A stretch of DNA of 32,000 bases from Dickeya dadantii NCPPB 898. GTDB lineage: Bacteria > Pseudomonadota > Gammaproteobacteria > Enterobacterales > Enterobacteriaceae. Within the stretch, counting starts at the first letter, position 1. Every line of letters begins with the position of its first letter. A program made the translations under genes and the position numbers. Of the stretch, positions 1 through 8,493 are shown piece after piece. Under the pieces are notes generated by a model. It made no database searches, was not told the DNA's origin, and saw only the letters and a program-made list of their open reading frames with translations. The stretch lies in contig NZ_CM001976.1 of the NCBI RefSeq assembly GCF_000406145.1, positions 4,057,472 through 4,089,471 on the forward strand. Direction: 5' to 3'.

Positions 1-1086
1 CTTGGCCTGCGCGGCTGGCACTTTTTCCGGCTGGTGGAGTGGCCGTGGCTGCGCCGCCAGCTGTTGCCCGCCGGCGCGCTGATTTTCATGCTGTGTTTCG
101 CCAGCTTCGCCACCGTGCTGGCGCTGGGCGGCGGTCCACAAGCCACTACCATTGAACTGGCGATCTATCAGGCGCTCAGCTTTGATTATGACCCGGCGCG
201 CGCCGCGTTGCTGGCGCTATTGCAGATGGTGTGCTGTCTGGGGTTGGTACTACTCAGCCAACGGCTGGGCCAGTTGCTGGCGGTGGGCGCCGGCAACCGC
301 CTGAGCTGGCGCGATCCGCAGGACAGCCGGTTCAGCCGCGTTACCGATACACTGCTGATTGCGGCGGCGCTGCTGCTGCTGTTGCCGCCGCTGCTGGCGG
401 TGGTGGCGGACGGCCTGAACCGTTCACTGCCGGGCGTGTTACGCCAGCCGGCGTTATGGCAAACGCTCCGGACCTCGCTGCGCATCGCGCTGGCCGCCGG
501 CGCGCTCAGCGTGGTGCTGACATTGATGCTGCTGTGGAGCAGCCGGGAACTGAAACTGCGCCAGCGGCGGCTGCCCGCCCAGTTGCTGGATATCAGCGGA
601 ATGCTGATTCTGGCGATGCCGGGGATTGTGCTGGCGTCCGGTTTTTTCCTGCTGTTTAACCGCACCGTCGGGTTACCGGCTTCCCCTTACGGGCTGGTGG
701 TATTGACCAACGCGCTGCTGGCCATTCCTTATGCGATGAAAGTGCTGGAAAACCCGATGGTCGACACGGCGGCGCGTTACAGTCTGTTGTGCCAGTCGCT
801 GGATATCCGCGGCTGGCATCGTCTCAGGGTGGTGGAACTGAAGGCGCTGCGCGCGCCCATCGCGCAGGCGCTAGCCTTTGCCAGCGTGCTGTCGGTGGGC
901 GATTTCGGCATCATCGCCTTGTTCGGCAACGAACAGTTCCGCACCCTGCCGTTTTATCTTTATCAGCAAATTGGCGCTTATCGCAGCGCCGACGGCGCGG
1001 TGACGGCGCTGCTACTGCTGCTGCTGTGTTTTATGCTGTTTACCCTGATTGAGAAACTGGCAGGCCTTAATGATCGCGCTCGATAA
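1..1086 (+). CDS. thiP: Thiamine ABC transporter permease ThiP, 5' end outside window
   Basis: The frame of the 34..1086 ORF stays open back to nt 1 ([21 protein letters not shown]...). The product is strongly hydrophobic and multi-TM. Its stop overlaps the start of the ThiQ ATPase gene. It matches my recollection of the C-terminal half of E. coli ThiP (about 536 aa full length). Confidence 0.85.
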   Translation, partial: LGLRGWHFFRLVEWPWLRRQLLPAGALIFMLCFASFATVLALGGGPQATTIELAIYQALSFDYDPARAALLALLQMVCCLGLVLLSQRLGQLLAVGAGNRLSWRDPQDSRFSRVTDTLLIAAALLLLLPPLLAVVADGLNRSLPGVLRQPALWQTLRTSLRIALAAGALSVVLTLMLLWSSRELKLRQRRLPAQLLDISGMLILAMPGIVLASGFFLLFNRTVGLPASPYGLVVLTNALLAIPYAMKVLENPMVDTAARYSLLCQSLDIRGWHRLRVVELKALRAPIAQALAFASVLSVGDFGIIALFGNEQFRTLPFYLYQQIGAYRSADGAVTALLLLLLCFMLFTLIEKLAGLNDRAR

Positions 1087-1762
1087 GTTGACCTACCTCT
1101 ACCAGCACCTACCGATGCGCTTTGATTTACAAGCGCAGCCCGGCGAACGCATCGCCATTCTCGGCCCAAGCGGTGCAGGCAAAAGCACGCTGCTCAGCCT
1201 GATCGCCGGTTTCCTGCCGGCCGACGGCGGCCGATTGCAGCTCAACGGACAGGATCACCTCGCCACGCCGCCGGCAAAACGCCCGGTGTCGATCCTGTTC
1301 CAGGAAAACAACCTGTTTCCTCACCTGACGCTGGCGCAGAATATCGCGCTCGGTCTGCACCCCGGACTGAAACTGACCGCGGACCAACAAGGGACGCTGC
1401 GCGATATCGCCGGCCGCATGGGGCTGTCGGACTTACTGGAACGCCTGCCGTCGCAGGTGTCCGGCGGCCAGCGGCAACGGGCGGCACTGGCGCGCTGCCT
1501 GATTCGCCAGCAACCAATCCTGCTGCTGGACGAGCCGTTCTCCGCGCTCGATCCGGCTCTGCGCCAGGAAATGCTGTCGCTGGTGGACGAGATCTGCCGG
1601 GATCGCCGGTTAACGCTGTTGATGGTGTCGCACCAGTTGGAAGACGCCATGCGCATCGCACCGCGCTGCGTACTGGTGGTGGACGGCCGCATCTATCACG
1701 ATGGCCCAACCGGGGAACTGGCCAGCCACCCGGATGCGGCGCGGATCCTGGGTTTGAGGTGA
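1070..1762 (+). CDS. thiQ: Thiamine ABC transporter ATP-binding protein ThiQ
   Basis: Walker [10 protein letters not shown], signature SGGQRQR and Walker B LLLDEP are present. The N-terminus [20 protein letters not shown] resembles E. coli ThiQ. The ORF track starts at 1049, but ATG 1070 gives 230 aa (E. coli ThiQ is 232 aa) and overlaps the thiP stop at 1084-1086. Confidence 0.88.
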   Translation: MIALDKLTYLYQHLPMRFDLQAQPGERIAILGPSGAGKSTLLSLIAGFLPADGGRLQLNGQDHLATPPAKRPVSILFQENNLFPHLTLAQNIALGLHPGLKLTADQQGTLRDIAGRMGLSDLLERLPSQVSGGQRQRAALARCLIRQQPILLLDEPFSALDPALRQEMLSLVDEICRDRRLTLLMVSHQLEDAMRIAPRCVLVVDGRIYHDGPTGELASHPDAARILGLR

Positions 1763-1820
1763 CAGCGCGGTCTGGGATGGCAGTGCTGTCTGAAATGACA
1801 GAATGAAACCCTTACTAAAA

Positions 1821-1842
1821 AAATGTGATCTTACGCACGATT
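1821..1842 (+). promoter_or_regulatory. Possible CRP-binding site upstream of the ilvB leader
   Basis: AAATGTGATCTTACGCACGATT has a perfect TGTGA left half, a 6-nt spacer and a degenerate right half (GCACG versus TCACA). E. coli ilvBN is known to be cAMP-CRP activated. This is a by-eye match only. Confidence 0.3.
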
Positions 1843-1934
1843 TTGCGTTTTCAGTGCGACAGAGCCTTGTCTGATTTTCCGCACTCATGGTTAGATGAAG
1901 ACGCTGATTAACCCAAACGAATATAAGGTTCTCC

Positions 1935-2036
1935 GTGAAACACGCCGCCTCTACTTTCGCACTACTAAACAACACCGCGCTGCTTGACGCGGTCGTCGTC
2001 GTGCGCGTGGTGGTCGTGGTCGGCAGCGCGCCGTAA
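1935..2036 (+). CDS. ivbL: ilvBN leader peptide (IvbL-like), 33 aa, Val/Leu-rich
   Basis: GTG at 1935 follows AAGG (1925-1928). The translation is MKHAASTFALLNNTALLDAVVVVRVVVVVGSAP*. The AVVVVRVVVVVG.AP core matches E. coli IvbL. An in-frame TAA at 1908-1910 excludes an upstream ATG. An intrinsic terminator lies directly downstream and ilvB follows. Confidence 0.8.
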   Translation: MKHAASTFALLNNTALLDAVVVVRVVVVVGSAP

Positions 2037-2063
2037 CGGGTTCCGAATCAAACCTAGATTCCC

Positions 2064-2099
2064 AAACCCCGCCGGCGCAAGCCGAGCGGGGTTTCTTTT
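2064..2099 (+). terminator. ilvBN attenuator (rho-independent terminator)
   Basis: AAACCCCGC (2064-2072) pairs with GCGGGGTTT (2086-2094), and a TTTCTTTT run follows. It lies between the leader peptide stop (2036) and the ilvB start (2144). Confidence 0.8.
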
Positions 2100-2143
2100 A
2101 TCCACCCTCCCCGCTCTCCCTGACACCGGCTCTGATAAAGGAT

Positions 2144-3814
2144 ATGACTATGCGTTATACAGGAGCTGAGCTGATCATCCGTCTGCTGGAGCAGCAAGGC
2201 ATCACCACAGTGAGTGGTATTCCGGGCGGGGCGGCGCTGCCGCTGTACGATGCGTTGGGAAAAAGCCGTACCATTCGCCACGTACTCGCCCGCCATGAAC
2301 AGGGAGCCGGATTCATCGCGCAGGGTATGGCGCGCGCCAGCGGTAAGGCAGCGGTTTGCATGGCGTCCAGCGGTCCCGGCGCCACCAACCTGCTCACCGC
2401 CATCGCCGATGCCAAACTCGACTCCATTCCGTTGGTGTGCATCACCGGCCAGGTGCCGTCCGGCATGATCGGCACCGATGCCTTTCAGGAAGTGGATACC
2501 TACGGCATCTCGATTCCGGTCACCAAGCACAACTATCTGGTGCGCGACATCAGCGAACTGCCGCAGGTGATCAATGACGCCTTCCGGCTGGCGCAGTCCG
2601 GTCGTCCCGGTCCGGTCTGGGTGGACATTCCCAAAGACGTACAAACGGCCACCATTGAGCTGGCGGAACTGCCCGCGCCGGCCGAGCTTACCCCGGCGCC
2701 GGTAGTGGATCAGGATGCCCTGCGCGCCGCCGCCGCCATGATCAATCAGGCCAAACGGCCGATCCTGTATCTGGGTGGCGGCATTATCAGCGCCGGCGCA
2801 CATCAGCAGGCTATCGAACTGGCGGAACGCGCCGGGCTGCCTACCACCATGACGCTGATGGCGCTGGGCGCCATGCCGGTGGATCACCCGCTGTCGCTCG
2901 GTATGCTCGGCATGCACGCCGCCCGTTATACCAATATGATCCTGCAGCAATCGGACCTGTTGATCGTGCTGGGCGCCCGCTTTGACGATCGCGCCATCGG
3001 CAAAGCGGAAGAGTTCTGCCCGGATGCCCGCGTGATCCATATCGATATTGATTCGGCGGAGTTCGGCAAGATTCGCCAGCCGCACGTGGCGCTGCACGCC
3101 GATGTGGCGCAGGCGCTGGATCAGTTGCTGCCGCTGGTCGACCGTCAGCCGCGCGCCGACTGGCTCGCCCAGGTGCGCGCCCTGCAACACGATTTCCCGT
3201 TCAGTATGCCCAACGCCGACGATCCGCTCAGCCACTATGGTTTGATCCGCGCCGTGGCCGAGCAACTGGACGATCAGGCCATCATTACCACCGATGTGGG
3301 CCAGCACCAGATGTGGGTGGCGCAGGCGTATCCGCTGCGGCGCTCGCGTCAGTGGCTGACCTCCGGCGGTTTCGGCACCATGGGTTTTGGCGTCCCCGCG
3401 GCTATCGGCGCCGCGCTGGCGGAACCGCAGCGTACCGTGGTCTGTTTTTCCGGCGACGGCAGCCTGATGATGAACATTCAGGAAATGGCTACCGCCGTGG
3501 AAGAAAACCTGAACGTAAAAATCGTGTTGATGAACAACCAGTCGCTGGGGCTGGTGCACCAGCAGCAGGATCTGTTCTACCAACAGAATTTTGTGGCCTC
3601 CGACTACCGCTATCAGACCAACTTTCTGGCGATTGCCGCCGGATTCGGCTTCGCCACTTGCGATCTGAACGCCGCTGAAAACCCGCAAGCCGCCCTGCGC
3701 GACGCCCTGCAACAACCCGGCCCGGCTTTAATTCACGCCGCTATCGATATCAACGAAAAAGTGTTCCCGATGGTACCGCCGGGTGCCGCCAACATTGAGA
3801 TGATTGGAGATTAA
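2144..3814 (+). CDS. ilvB: Acetolactate synthase I large (catalytic) subunit IlvB
   Basis: 556 aa with ThDP-enzyme motifs (HEQGAGFIAQGMAR, SGPGATNL, GTMGFG, GDGSLMMNIQE). It is closely collinear with E. coli IlvB as I recall it. It is preceded by the ivbL leader and followed by the short IlvN-type subunit. The second ATG at 2150 has better spacing from AGGA (2139-2142) and may be the true start. Confidence 0.93.
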   Translation: MTMRYTGAELIIRLLEQQGITTVSGIPGGAALPLYDALGKSRTIRHVLARHEQGAGFIAQGMARASGKAAVCMASSGPGATNLLTAIADAKLDSIPLVCITGQVPSGMIGTDAFQEVDTYGISIPVTKHNYLVRDISELPQVINDAFRLAQSGRPGPVWVDIPKDVQTATIELAELPAPAELTPAPVVDQDALRAAAAMINQAKRPILYLGGGIISAGAHQQAIELAERAGLPTTMTLMALGAMPVDHPLSLGMLGMHAARYTNMILQQSDLLIVLGARFDDRAIGKAEEFCPDARVIHIDIDSAEFGKIRQPHVALHADVAQALDQLLPLVDRQPRADWLAQVRALQHDFPFSMPNADDPLSHYGLIRAVAEQLDDQAIITTDVGQHQMWVAQAYPLRRSRQWLTSGGFGTMGFGVPAAIGAALAEPQRTVVCFSGDGSLMMNIQEMATAVEENLNVKIVLMNNQSLGLVHQQQDLFYQQNFVASDYRYQTNFLAIAAGFGFATCDLNAAENPQAALRDALQQPGPALIHAAIDINEKVFPMVPPGAANIEMIGD

Positions 3815-3817
3815 CTC

Positions 3818-4111
3818 ATGCAGACCCCATCCATTACCGCACAGGTCACGCTGGAACTCTCGGTACGCAACCACCCAGGCGTGATGTCGCACGTGTGCGG
3901 GCTATTCGCCCGCCGCGCGTTCAACGTAGAAGGCATCATGTGTATGCCGCTGCCGGGCAATGAGCAAAGCCGTATCTGGCTACTGGTGAAAGACGATCAG
4001 CGCCTGCCGCAGATGATCAGTCAGGTGGAAAAGCTGGAAGACGTGCTACAGGTGACTCGCCACGGCGAAGAGATGCGTATTTTTGATCAGGTGGCGGAGT
4101 TTTACCGCTGA
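3818..4111 (+). CDS. ilvN: Acetolactate synthase I small (regulatory) subunit IlvN
   Basis: 97 aa. [29 protein letters not shown]...[21 protein letters not shown] is near-identical in pattern to E. coli IlvN (96 aa). The start is 4 nt after the ilvB stop. Confidence 0.93.
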   Translation: MQTPSITAQVTLELSVRNHPGVMSHVCGLFARRAFNVEGIMCMPLPGNEQSRIWLLVKDDQRLPQMISQVEKLEDVLQVTRHGEEMRIFDQVAEFYR

Positions 4112-4119
4112 GCCGCAGA

Positions 4120-4144
4120 GGCCATACCGATTCCCGGTATGGCC
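4120..4144. terminator. Hairpin between convergent ilvN and yabI (possible bidirectional terminator)
   Basis: GGCCATACCG (4120-4129) and CGGTATGGCC (4135-4144) form a 10-bp perfect stem with a 5-nt loop. Neither side has a clear U-tract. Confidence 0.5.
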
Positions 4145-4156
4145 TTCGGCCTTGAT

Positions 4157-4924
4157 TCAGCCATTCAGAATTTGCCACAGCAGGCGACGGTACACCGGCA
4201 TCAACGGATGCTGCCACAGCTGCCACAGACTGACGGCGGCGATAACCGACACCAGCGGCGCCAGCCAGTACAGACGCGAAGCCGTCAACCAACCGGTTGA
4301 TTCGGCTTTCGCTCCGCGACGAACACGCCACAGACGCCACACCAGCCAGCCCGCTCCCCACAGCAAAATAGCCGTGACCAACAGTAGCCACTTGAAACTG
4401 CCGCTGTCGGCCTGTTTGGGGATATCGATCGCCACGCCGGCCAGAATGCCGGGCAGCAGATAAACCGGCGGCCAGGTAAGGCAGCCGATGATATTCGGCA
4501 ACGCAAAGCGCCGGGGCGACAACTCCAGCATCCCCGCCACCATCGGGATCAGCGGACGAGTCGGGCCAAAAAACCGCCCAATCAGGATGGTCGCCATATT
4601 GTGCTGATGCAGCATTTTTTCCGTGCGATACAGATACGCCCGATGCTTTTGCAGAAACGACCAGTTATGCAGCCGGTCCTTGAAACGCCAGCCGATAAAA
4701 TAGGAAATCCAGTCTCCCAGCAGGCAACCGATGATGCCCATGCCCCAGGCCGGGTACAGCCCCATATTACCGCTGCCGATCAGCGCCCCCAGCGACGCCA
4801 TCATCAGCGTGCCGGGCAATAGCAGCCCCACCAACGCCAGCGACTCCAGAAACGCCACCAGCAGTACCGCCGTCAGCGACCAGGCTAACGATTGAGTGAT
4901 CAGATGCTCCAGCCAGGCTTCCAT
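4157..4924 (-). CDS. yabI: DedA-family inner membrane protein YabI
   Basis: 255 aa and multi-TM. VAFLESLALVGLLLPGT, GRFFGPTRPLIPMVAGML and NIIGCLTWPPVYLLPGILAG are collinear with E. coli YabI (254 aa). Confidence 0.88.
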   Translation of the reverse strand: MEAWLEHLITQSLAWSLTAVLLVAFLESLALVGLLLPGTLMMASLGALIGSGNMGLYPAWGMGIIGCLLGDWISYFIGWRFKDRLHNWSFLQKHRAYLYRTEKMLHQHNMATILIGRFFGPTRPLIPMVAGMLELSPRRFALPNIIGCLTWPPVYLLPGILAGVAIDIPKQADSGSFKWLLLVTAILLWGAGWLVWRLWRVRRGAKAESTGWLTASRLYWLAPLVSVIAAVSLWQLWQHPLMPVYRRLLWQILNG

Positions 4925-5035
4925 AAACCTCTACATTTCTGCTTTTTTATGAACAAAGATAACGGGATGATAGCAGGAAACGGCAGGAATATGGCAGATA
5001 GTAGTAAAAGCACGGCTGACGCGAAGCTCACCACG

Positions 5036-5168
5036 ACTGGACAGCCATTTCCTTGAAGCAGCACCCTTTTTTTGTTATAAAAGTATCACTTTAGGACAAT
5101 AAATGGATTGACTCATGGAAGAAGCGAGGATTGCTTTTCCTGTTGGCAACGGGCAGATCAACAGAGTT
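5036..5168 (+). repeat. Copy A of a ~133-bp direct repeat (promoter, 5' UTR and first 18 codons of the muramidase gene)
   Basis: It is collinear with 8362..8493, and the distance from the -35 hexamer to the ATG is 62 nt in both copies. I count about 5 mismatches over the ~94 nt from the -35 hexamer to codon 11. Confidence 0.9.
5053..5081 (+). promoter_or_regulatory. Sigma70-like promoter of the effector-immunity operon
   Basis: TTGAAG (5053-5058), a 17-nt spacer and TATAAA (5076-5081) lie 34 nt upstream of the ATG at 5115. The identical hexamers and spacing recur at 8378..8406. Confidence 0.55.
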
Positions 5169-5966
5169 GAAGACGTAAAAACCGTTCAACAGTTGCTGAA
5201 CAGCCGGTCAAACGGAACACTGAGCGTTGACGGTATTGTCGGCACCAGAACACAGGCAGCCATTATCCACTTTCAACGCCAGATATTAGGAATGGGTACA
5301 CCTGACGGTATTGTCTCCCCGCACGGACCTACACTGAGAAAATTAAACCATCTTCACACCCGACGCCCGGCAACCTCTCAGCCATCATTTTCTGCCGACT
5401 CCGGCGACAGCGTTTCCGAAGAGCTCTATCTGAATGCAGCCAGAGAGCTAAACTGCGAAGTAGCGGCGATTAAAGCGATTGTAATGACTGAAACCGCGCT
5501 AAATAGCGCGTTTATCAGCCCAGGTAAACCCAAAATACTTTATGAACGACACTACTTTCGTCGTCTGACACAAGGTAGATACGACCGGTCAAATCCGGAT
5601 ATATCGGGTGATCAATACGATCGTTATGGTTCAAATAACCGTCAATACGAGCGGCTTGAACAAGCAATAAGACTAGACAGGCGAGCAGCATTAATGTCGG
5701 CCTCATGGGGAGCTTTCCAGATTATGGGGGCAAATTATAGAACAGCTGGCTTTGATGATGTCGAAAGTTTCGTAGCCGCGATGAGTAATATTAATGGGCA
5801 AGTATTTTCTTTCATCAATCATATAAAAAGCTCAACAGTTCTACTTTCAGCGCTACAACATAAAGACTGGAAAAAATTTGCAAGACACTATAATGGCAAG
5901 GATTACGAAAAGAAAAAATATGATTTAATTATAGCTAACAACTATAATCTACTAACAAACAGATAA
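5115..5966 (+). CDS. Peptidoglycan-binding domain plus DUF3380/PF11860-type N-acetylmuramidase; candidate Hcp-associated T6SS antibacterial effector
   Basis: 283 aa with no signal peptide or TM segment. The N-terminal region VKTVQQLLN...DGIVGTRTQAAIIHFQ...GTPDGIVSP looks like PG_binding_1. The C-terminal part carries motifs I associate with the DUF3380 muramidase family (KPKILYERHYF, RRAALMSASWGAFQIMGANY, W.KFARHYNG.DY..KKYD). The gene is AT-rich relative to the flanks. Confidence 0.85.
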   Translation: MEEARIAFPVGNGQINRVEDVKTVQQLLNSRSNGTLSVDGIVGTRTQAAIIHFQRQILGMGTPDGIVSPHGPTLRKLNHLHTRRPATSQPSFSADSGDSVSEELYLNAARELNCEVAAIKAIVMTETALNSAFISPGKPKILYERHYFRRLTQGRYDRSNPDISGDQYDRYGSNNRQYERLEQAIRLDRRAALMSASWGAFQIMGANYRTAGFDDVESFVAAMSNINGQVFSFINHIKSSTVLLSALQHKDWKKFARHYNGKDYEKKKYDLIIANNYNLLTNR

Positions 5967-5975
5967 GGATAAAAA

Positions 5976-6539
5976 ATGAAAAAACTCCTGACATACTTAA
6001 TCATATTATTATCATTCGAATCTTACGCATCTATAAACTTAAAAAAACCTGAAAACATTGATTTTTCCAGGCAACTTACTGAAAAAACAAAATCATTAGA
6101 AATAAGTGACATTAACATAGAAAAAGATCAAACATTTGAAATAGAAAAGGATGGGTTATATCTAGGAACACTAATCCCTGCCGAGGGTTATTATAGAAAA
6201 TACAATCCGCTATGTTTTATTGGTTGGTCGATAGACAAAAAAGAAATCAGTAATATTGTTCCATCTATTGGCCAGGGTGATTTCGAAAATTCAACCTGCT
6301 TAAGTCTCGATGCAGTAGGGAAAATAGACGTTAGCGATAAGACATATATAGGATTTGTCTATACTGTTGGATTAAGAGATAGACGAGCAAAAAACTACTT
6401 CTTGCTTGAGCTGGATAAAGATAAAAGAACGATCGTAGATAAAAGTACAGTTATTGATGAGCTACAGAATAATGGTGAGAAAAAAAGCATTACAGCACTC
6501 CGAAAACATCTTGAAAACACCAAGGAGAAAAAAGAGTGA
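5976..6539 (+). CDS. Paralog 1 of 5: secreted (periplasmic) protein, candidate muramidase immunity/inhibitor
   Basis: 187 aa with signal peptide MKKLLTYLIILLSFESYA|S. AAGGA lies upstream, and the start is 9 nt after the effector stop. It shares the family core GT.IPA.G.Y.NY.PLCFIGWS.DKK.IS.I..S.G.G.FE...C..LDA.GKI....K..IGF.Y.VGL.DR...NYFL.ELD with two conserved Cys. Confidence 0.88.
   Translation: MKKLLTYLIILLSFESYASINLKKPENIDFSRQLTEKTKSLEISDINIEKDQTFEIEKDGLYLGTLIPAEGYYRKYNPLCFIGWSIDKKEISNIVPSIGQGDFENSTCLSLDAVGKIDVSDKTYIGFVYTVGLRDRRAKNYFLLELDKDKRTIVDKSTVIDELQNNGEKKSITALRKHLENTKEKKE
6159..6426 (+). repeat. High-identity segment shared by paralog 1 and paralog 5 (copy in paralog 1)
   Basis: This 268-nt segment is collinear with 9263..9530. 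I count about 23 differences, mostly synonymous. The 5' and 3' parts of the two genes are much more diverged. Confidence 0.8.
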
Positions 6540-7102
6540 GAGCGGTATCAATGATATTCTTTATGGTAATATCGTTGCAATCTTACGCATCAATTAACCT
6601 AATAAAAAACAATGAAGATTCACTGATAAAGCAAGTCATTGAAGATGCCAATAAAAGAGGCATTGTTGATATAAAAATACAAGAAGAGCAAATTTTTGAC
6701 ATTAATGAAAACAATAAAAACATAGGAACAATAATACCAGGAAAAGGATTTTATAAAAATTACTATCCAGTTTGTTTTATTAGCTGGTCTACTGACAAGA
6801 AGACAATATCCAATATTGTCTTCTCAATGGGGAATGGTGATTTTGAGTTTTCACAATGCGAAACCCTTGATGCGCTAGGAAAAATAGAGTCCGCAGGAAA
6901 GATATTCATTGGATTTGTTTATTCAGTCGGTTTACCTGATGGTAGAACGGAACAAAATTATTTTTTATTGGCGCTAGATCAGGATAGAAGAGCTATTGTA
7001 GATAAAAGTAAACTTGTAGAACCTCTGCAAAACACCAATGAAAGAAAAAGTATTTCTGCAATCAGAAGACATCTTAAAAAGGTGATGGAAGATAAAGAAT
7101 GA
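6536..7102 (+). CDS. Paralog 2 of 5: secreted protein, candidate immunity
   Basis: 188 aa. The GTG start overlaps the paralog 1 stop (GTGA at 6536-6539), with AAGGAG at 6522-6527. The signal peptide is MRAVSMIFFMVISLQSYA|S. An alternative ATG at 6551 lacks a charged n-region. The family core is the same. Confidence 0.85.
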   Translation: MRAVSMIFFMVISLQSYASINLIKNNEDSLIKQVIEDANKRGIVDIKIQEEQIFDINENNKNIGTIIPGKGFYKNYYPVCFISWSTDKKTISNIVFSMGNGDFEFSQCETLDALGKIESAGKIFIGFVYSVGLPDGRTEQNYFLLALDQDRRAIVDKSKLVEPLQNTNERKSISAIRRHLKKVMEDKE

Positions 7103-7665
7103 AAGTTCTGTTGGCAATACTCACATTGATAATTCCATTGAGTTCATATTCTACTATTAAACTAACTAAAATTAATGATAGTAGCATATTGAAGAAATTG
7201 ATAATAAAAGGCCAAGCATCAGATATCAGCCGCATAAAAATACAGAAAGATCAGACTTTCGACATCAGCGAAGACGGAAAATACATAGGCACTATCGTGC
7301 CCGCAGAAGGATATTACAACAATATTGAACCACTCTGTTTCATTGGATGGTCTTCAGATAATAAAAATATCTCAGATATAAAAATTTCTATCGGTCGGGG
7401 ATTTTTTGAAACAGTGACCTGCCTGAGTCTCGATGCAGTAGGAAAAATTGAAGTTAAAGGAAAAACGTTCATTGGTTTTGTTTATACCGTAGCATTGCGT
7501 GACAGAACATCGCAAAACTATTTTTTACTTGAACTAGATAAAGAAAGAAAAACAATAACAGACGTAAGCAATACAATTGAAAAACTACAATTTTACTCTG
7601 AAAAGAAAAGCATCATTGATCTTAAAAAGTACCTTGAAGAAAATTTGCAAGCTGTAAAAAGCTAA
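7099..7665 (+). CDS. Paralog 3 of 5: secreted protein, candidate immunity
   Basis: 188 aa. An ATGA start/stop overlap with paralog 2 (7099-7102) suggests translational coupling. The signal peptide is MKVLLAILTLIIPLSSYS|T. The family core is the same. Confidence 0.88.
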   Translation: MKVLLAILTLIIPLSSYSTIKLTKINDSSILKKLIIKGQASDISRIKIQKDQTFDISEDGKYIGTIVPAEGYYNNIEPLCFIGWSSDNKNISDIKISIGRGFFETVTCLSLDAVGKIEVKGKTFIGFVYTVALRDRTSQNYFLLELDKERKTITDVSNTIEKLQFYSEKKSIIDLKKYLEENLQAVKS

Positions 7666-7686
7666 AAACCGTTAAATTTCAGCTTA

Positions 7687-7726
7687 ATTATCTGGCACCT
7701 AATATCACACAATGGTGCCAGATAAT
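7687..7726. terminator. Bidirectional hairpin terminator between the effector-immunity operon and convergent hcp
   Basis: ATTATCTGGCACC (7687-7699) and GGTGCCAGATAAT (7714-7726) form a 13-bp perfect stem with a 14-nt loop. It sits in the 82-bp gap between the paralog 3 stop (7665) and the hcp stop (7748), in A/T-rich flanks. Confidence 0.7.
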
Positions 7727-7747
7727 AACGCAGGAAGATCCCACTAA

Positions 7748-8227
7748 TTAAAACAGCTGACTTTCCCAAATGCAATATGCACTGGTTCCGGCTTTGACAT
7801 GTTCGCATAACATGTTTTTATAAGTAAAAGAGATAAACTCTTCTGGTTGATATTCATTGTGCGTTATCGAACTGGGGTAGTGCATTCTGATATTTTTTAC
7901 TTTTGCATCGGTCAATTTTATTGAGAAATATTGCTCCATCCCCCCATTCTCTGAAGTTCGGTAGAAAATGAAAGTACAGGTTAAATATTCGTTCTCGTTT
8001 AACGTGCTCAATAATAATGGTGTCGATTTATCAATTGGTTTCCTAATTTCAACAGGTTGATATGCAACATTATCGATACGCTCTGCTGCATTGTTTAGCT
8101 CATAGACAAAAATCTCATTTTCATGCCCTTTTTGCCATTTGTTCCCCATTGAGTCATAAGATCCACATCCAGAAGAGATCAGCCCCTGATTTTTACCTTC
8201 TATTTTCAGATAAATGATATTGGCCAT
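7748..8227 (-). CDS. hcp: Type VI secretion tube protein Hcp (TssD), orphan copy
   Basis: 159 aa. The N-terminus MANIIYLKIEGKNQGLISSGCGSYDSMGNKWQKGHENEIFV, the size and the overall pattern resemble enterobacterial Hcp-family proteins as I recall them. There is no C-terminal toxin extension. AAGGGAA lies upstream of the ATG. Confidence 0.82.
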   Translation of the reverse strand: MANIIYLKIEGKNQGLISSGCGSYDSMGNKWQKGHENEIFVYELNNAAERIDNVAYQPVEIRKPIDKSTPLLLSTLNENEYLTCTFIFYRTSENGGMEQYFSIKLTDAKVKNIRMHYPSSITHNEYQPEEFISFTYKNMLCEHVKAGTSAYCIWESQLF

Positions 8228-8361
8228 AAAATTCCCTTTAACAATTGAAATATATTAATTAAGCAAGATACAACCAACGATGATAATGTAATTTCTATTA
8301 CATATCTATATTCTAAGCAAATAAAAATCCTGCCGATACGTGTCAGGATAGTTTAATCATA

Positions 8362-8493
8362 ACTGGCAACCATTGCCTTGAAGCAACACCATTTTTTTGT
8401 TATAAAAGCATCACATTAGGACAATAAATGGATTGACTCATGGAAGAAGCCAGGATTGCTTTTCCTGTTGGTACATTGCAGAACAACAGAGTT
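8362..8493 (+). repeat. Copy B of the ~133-bp direct repeat (promoter, 5' UTR and effector codons 1-18)
   Basis: See copy A (5036..5168). Similarity ends right after AACAGAGTT (codon 18). Confidence 0.9.
8378..8406 (+). promoter_or_regulatory. Second copy of the sigma70-like promoter, now driving paralogs 4-5
   Basis: TTGAAG (8378-8383), a 17-nt spacer and TATAAA (8401-8406) have the same hexamers and spacing as 5053..5081. Confidence 0.55.

Noticed and set aside
1984-2169. 61-aa ORF spanning the ilvB attenuator and ilvB start
   Set aside because: It is in the wrong frame relative to the conserved IvbL-type Val-rich leader (1935..2036). It also runs through the terminator hairpin and into ilvB, so it is not credible as a gene.
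2054-3715. 553-aa ORF antisense to ilvB
   Set aside because: This is a shadow ORF typical of GC-rich coding DNA. Its product is a low-complexity, Gly/Arg/His/Gln-rich sequence with no recognisable motifs, while the sense strand encodes an unmistakable IlvB.
5103-5111. Mini-ORF ATGGATTGA (Met-Asp-stop) just upstream of the effector ATG, also present at 8428..8436
   Set aside because: It is conserved only because the entire ~133-bp block is duplicated. It has no RBS of its own, and nothing indicates a start-stop regulatory function.
5115-5966. The muramidase interpreted as a prophage endolysin
   Set aside because: A PG_binding_1 plus DUF3380 architecture is classic for endolysins. However, no holin, spanin, terminase, capsid, tail or integrase genes occur in the island. 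The gene has its own promoter, sits beside hcp, and is followed by secreted paralogs. It is retained only as the alternative hypothesis in the main finding.
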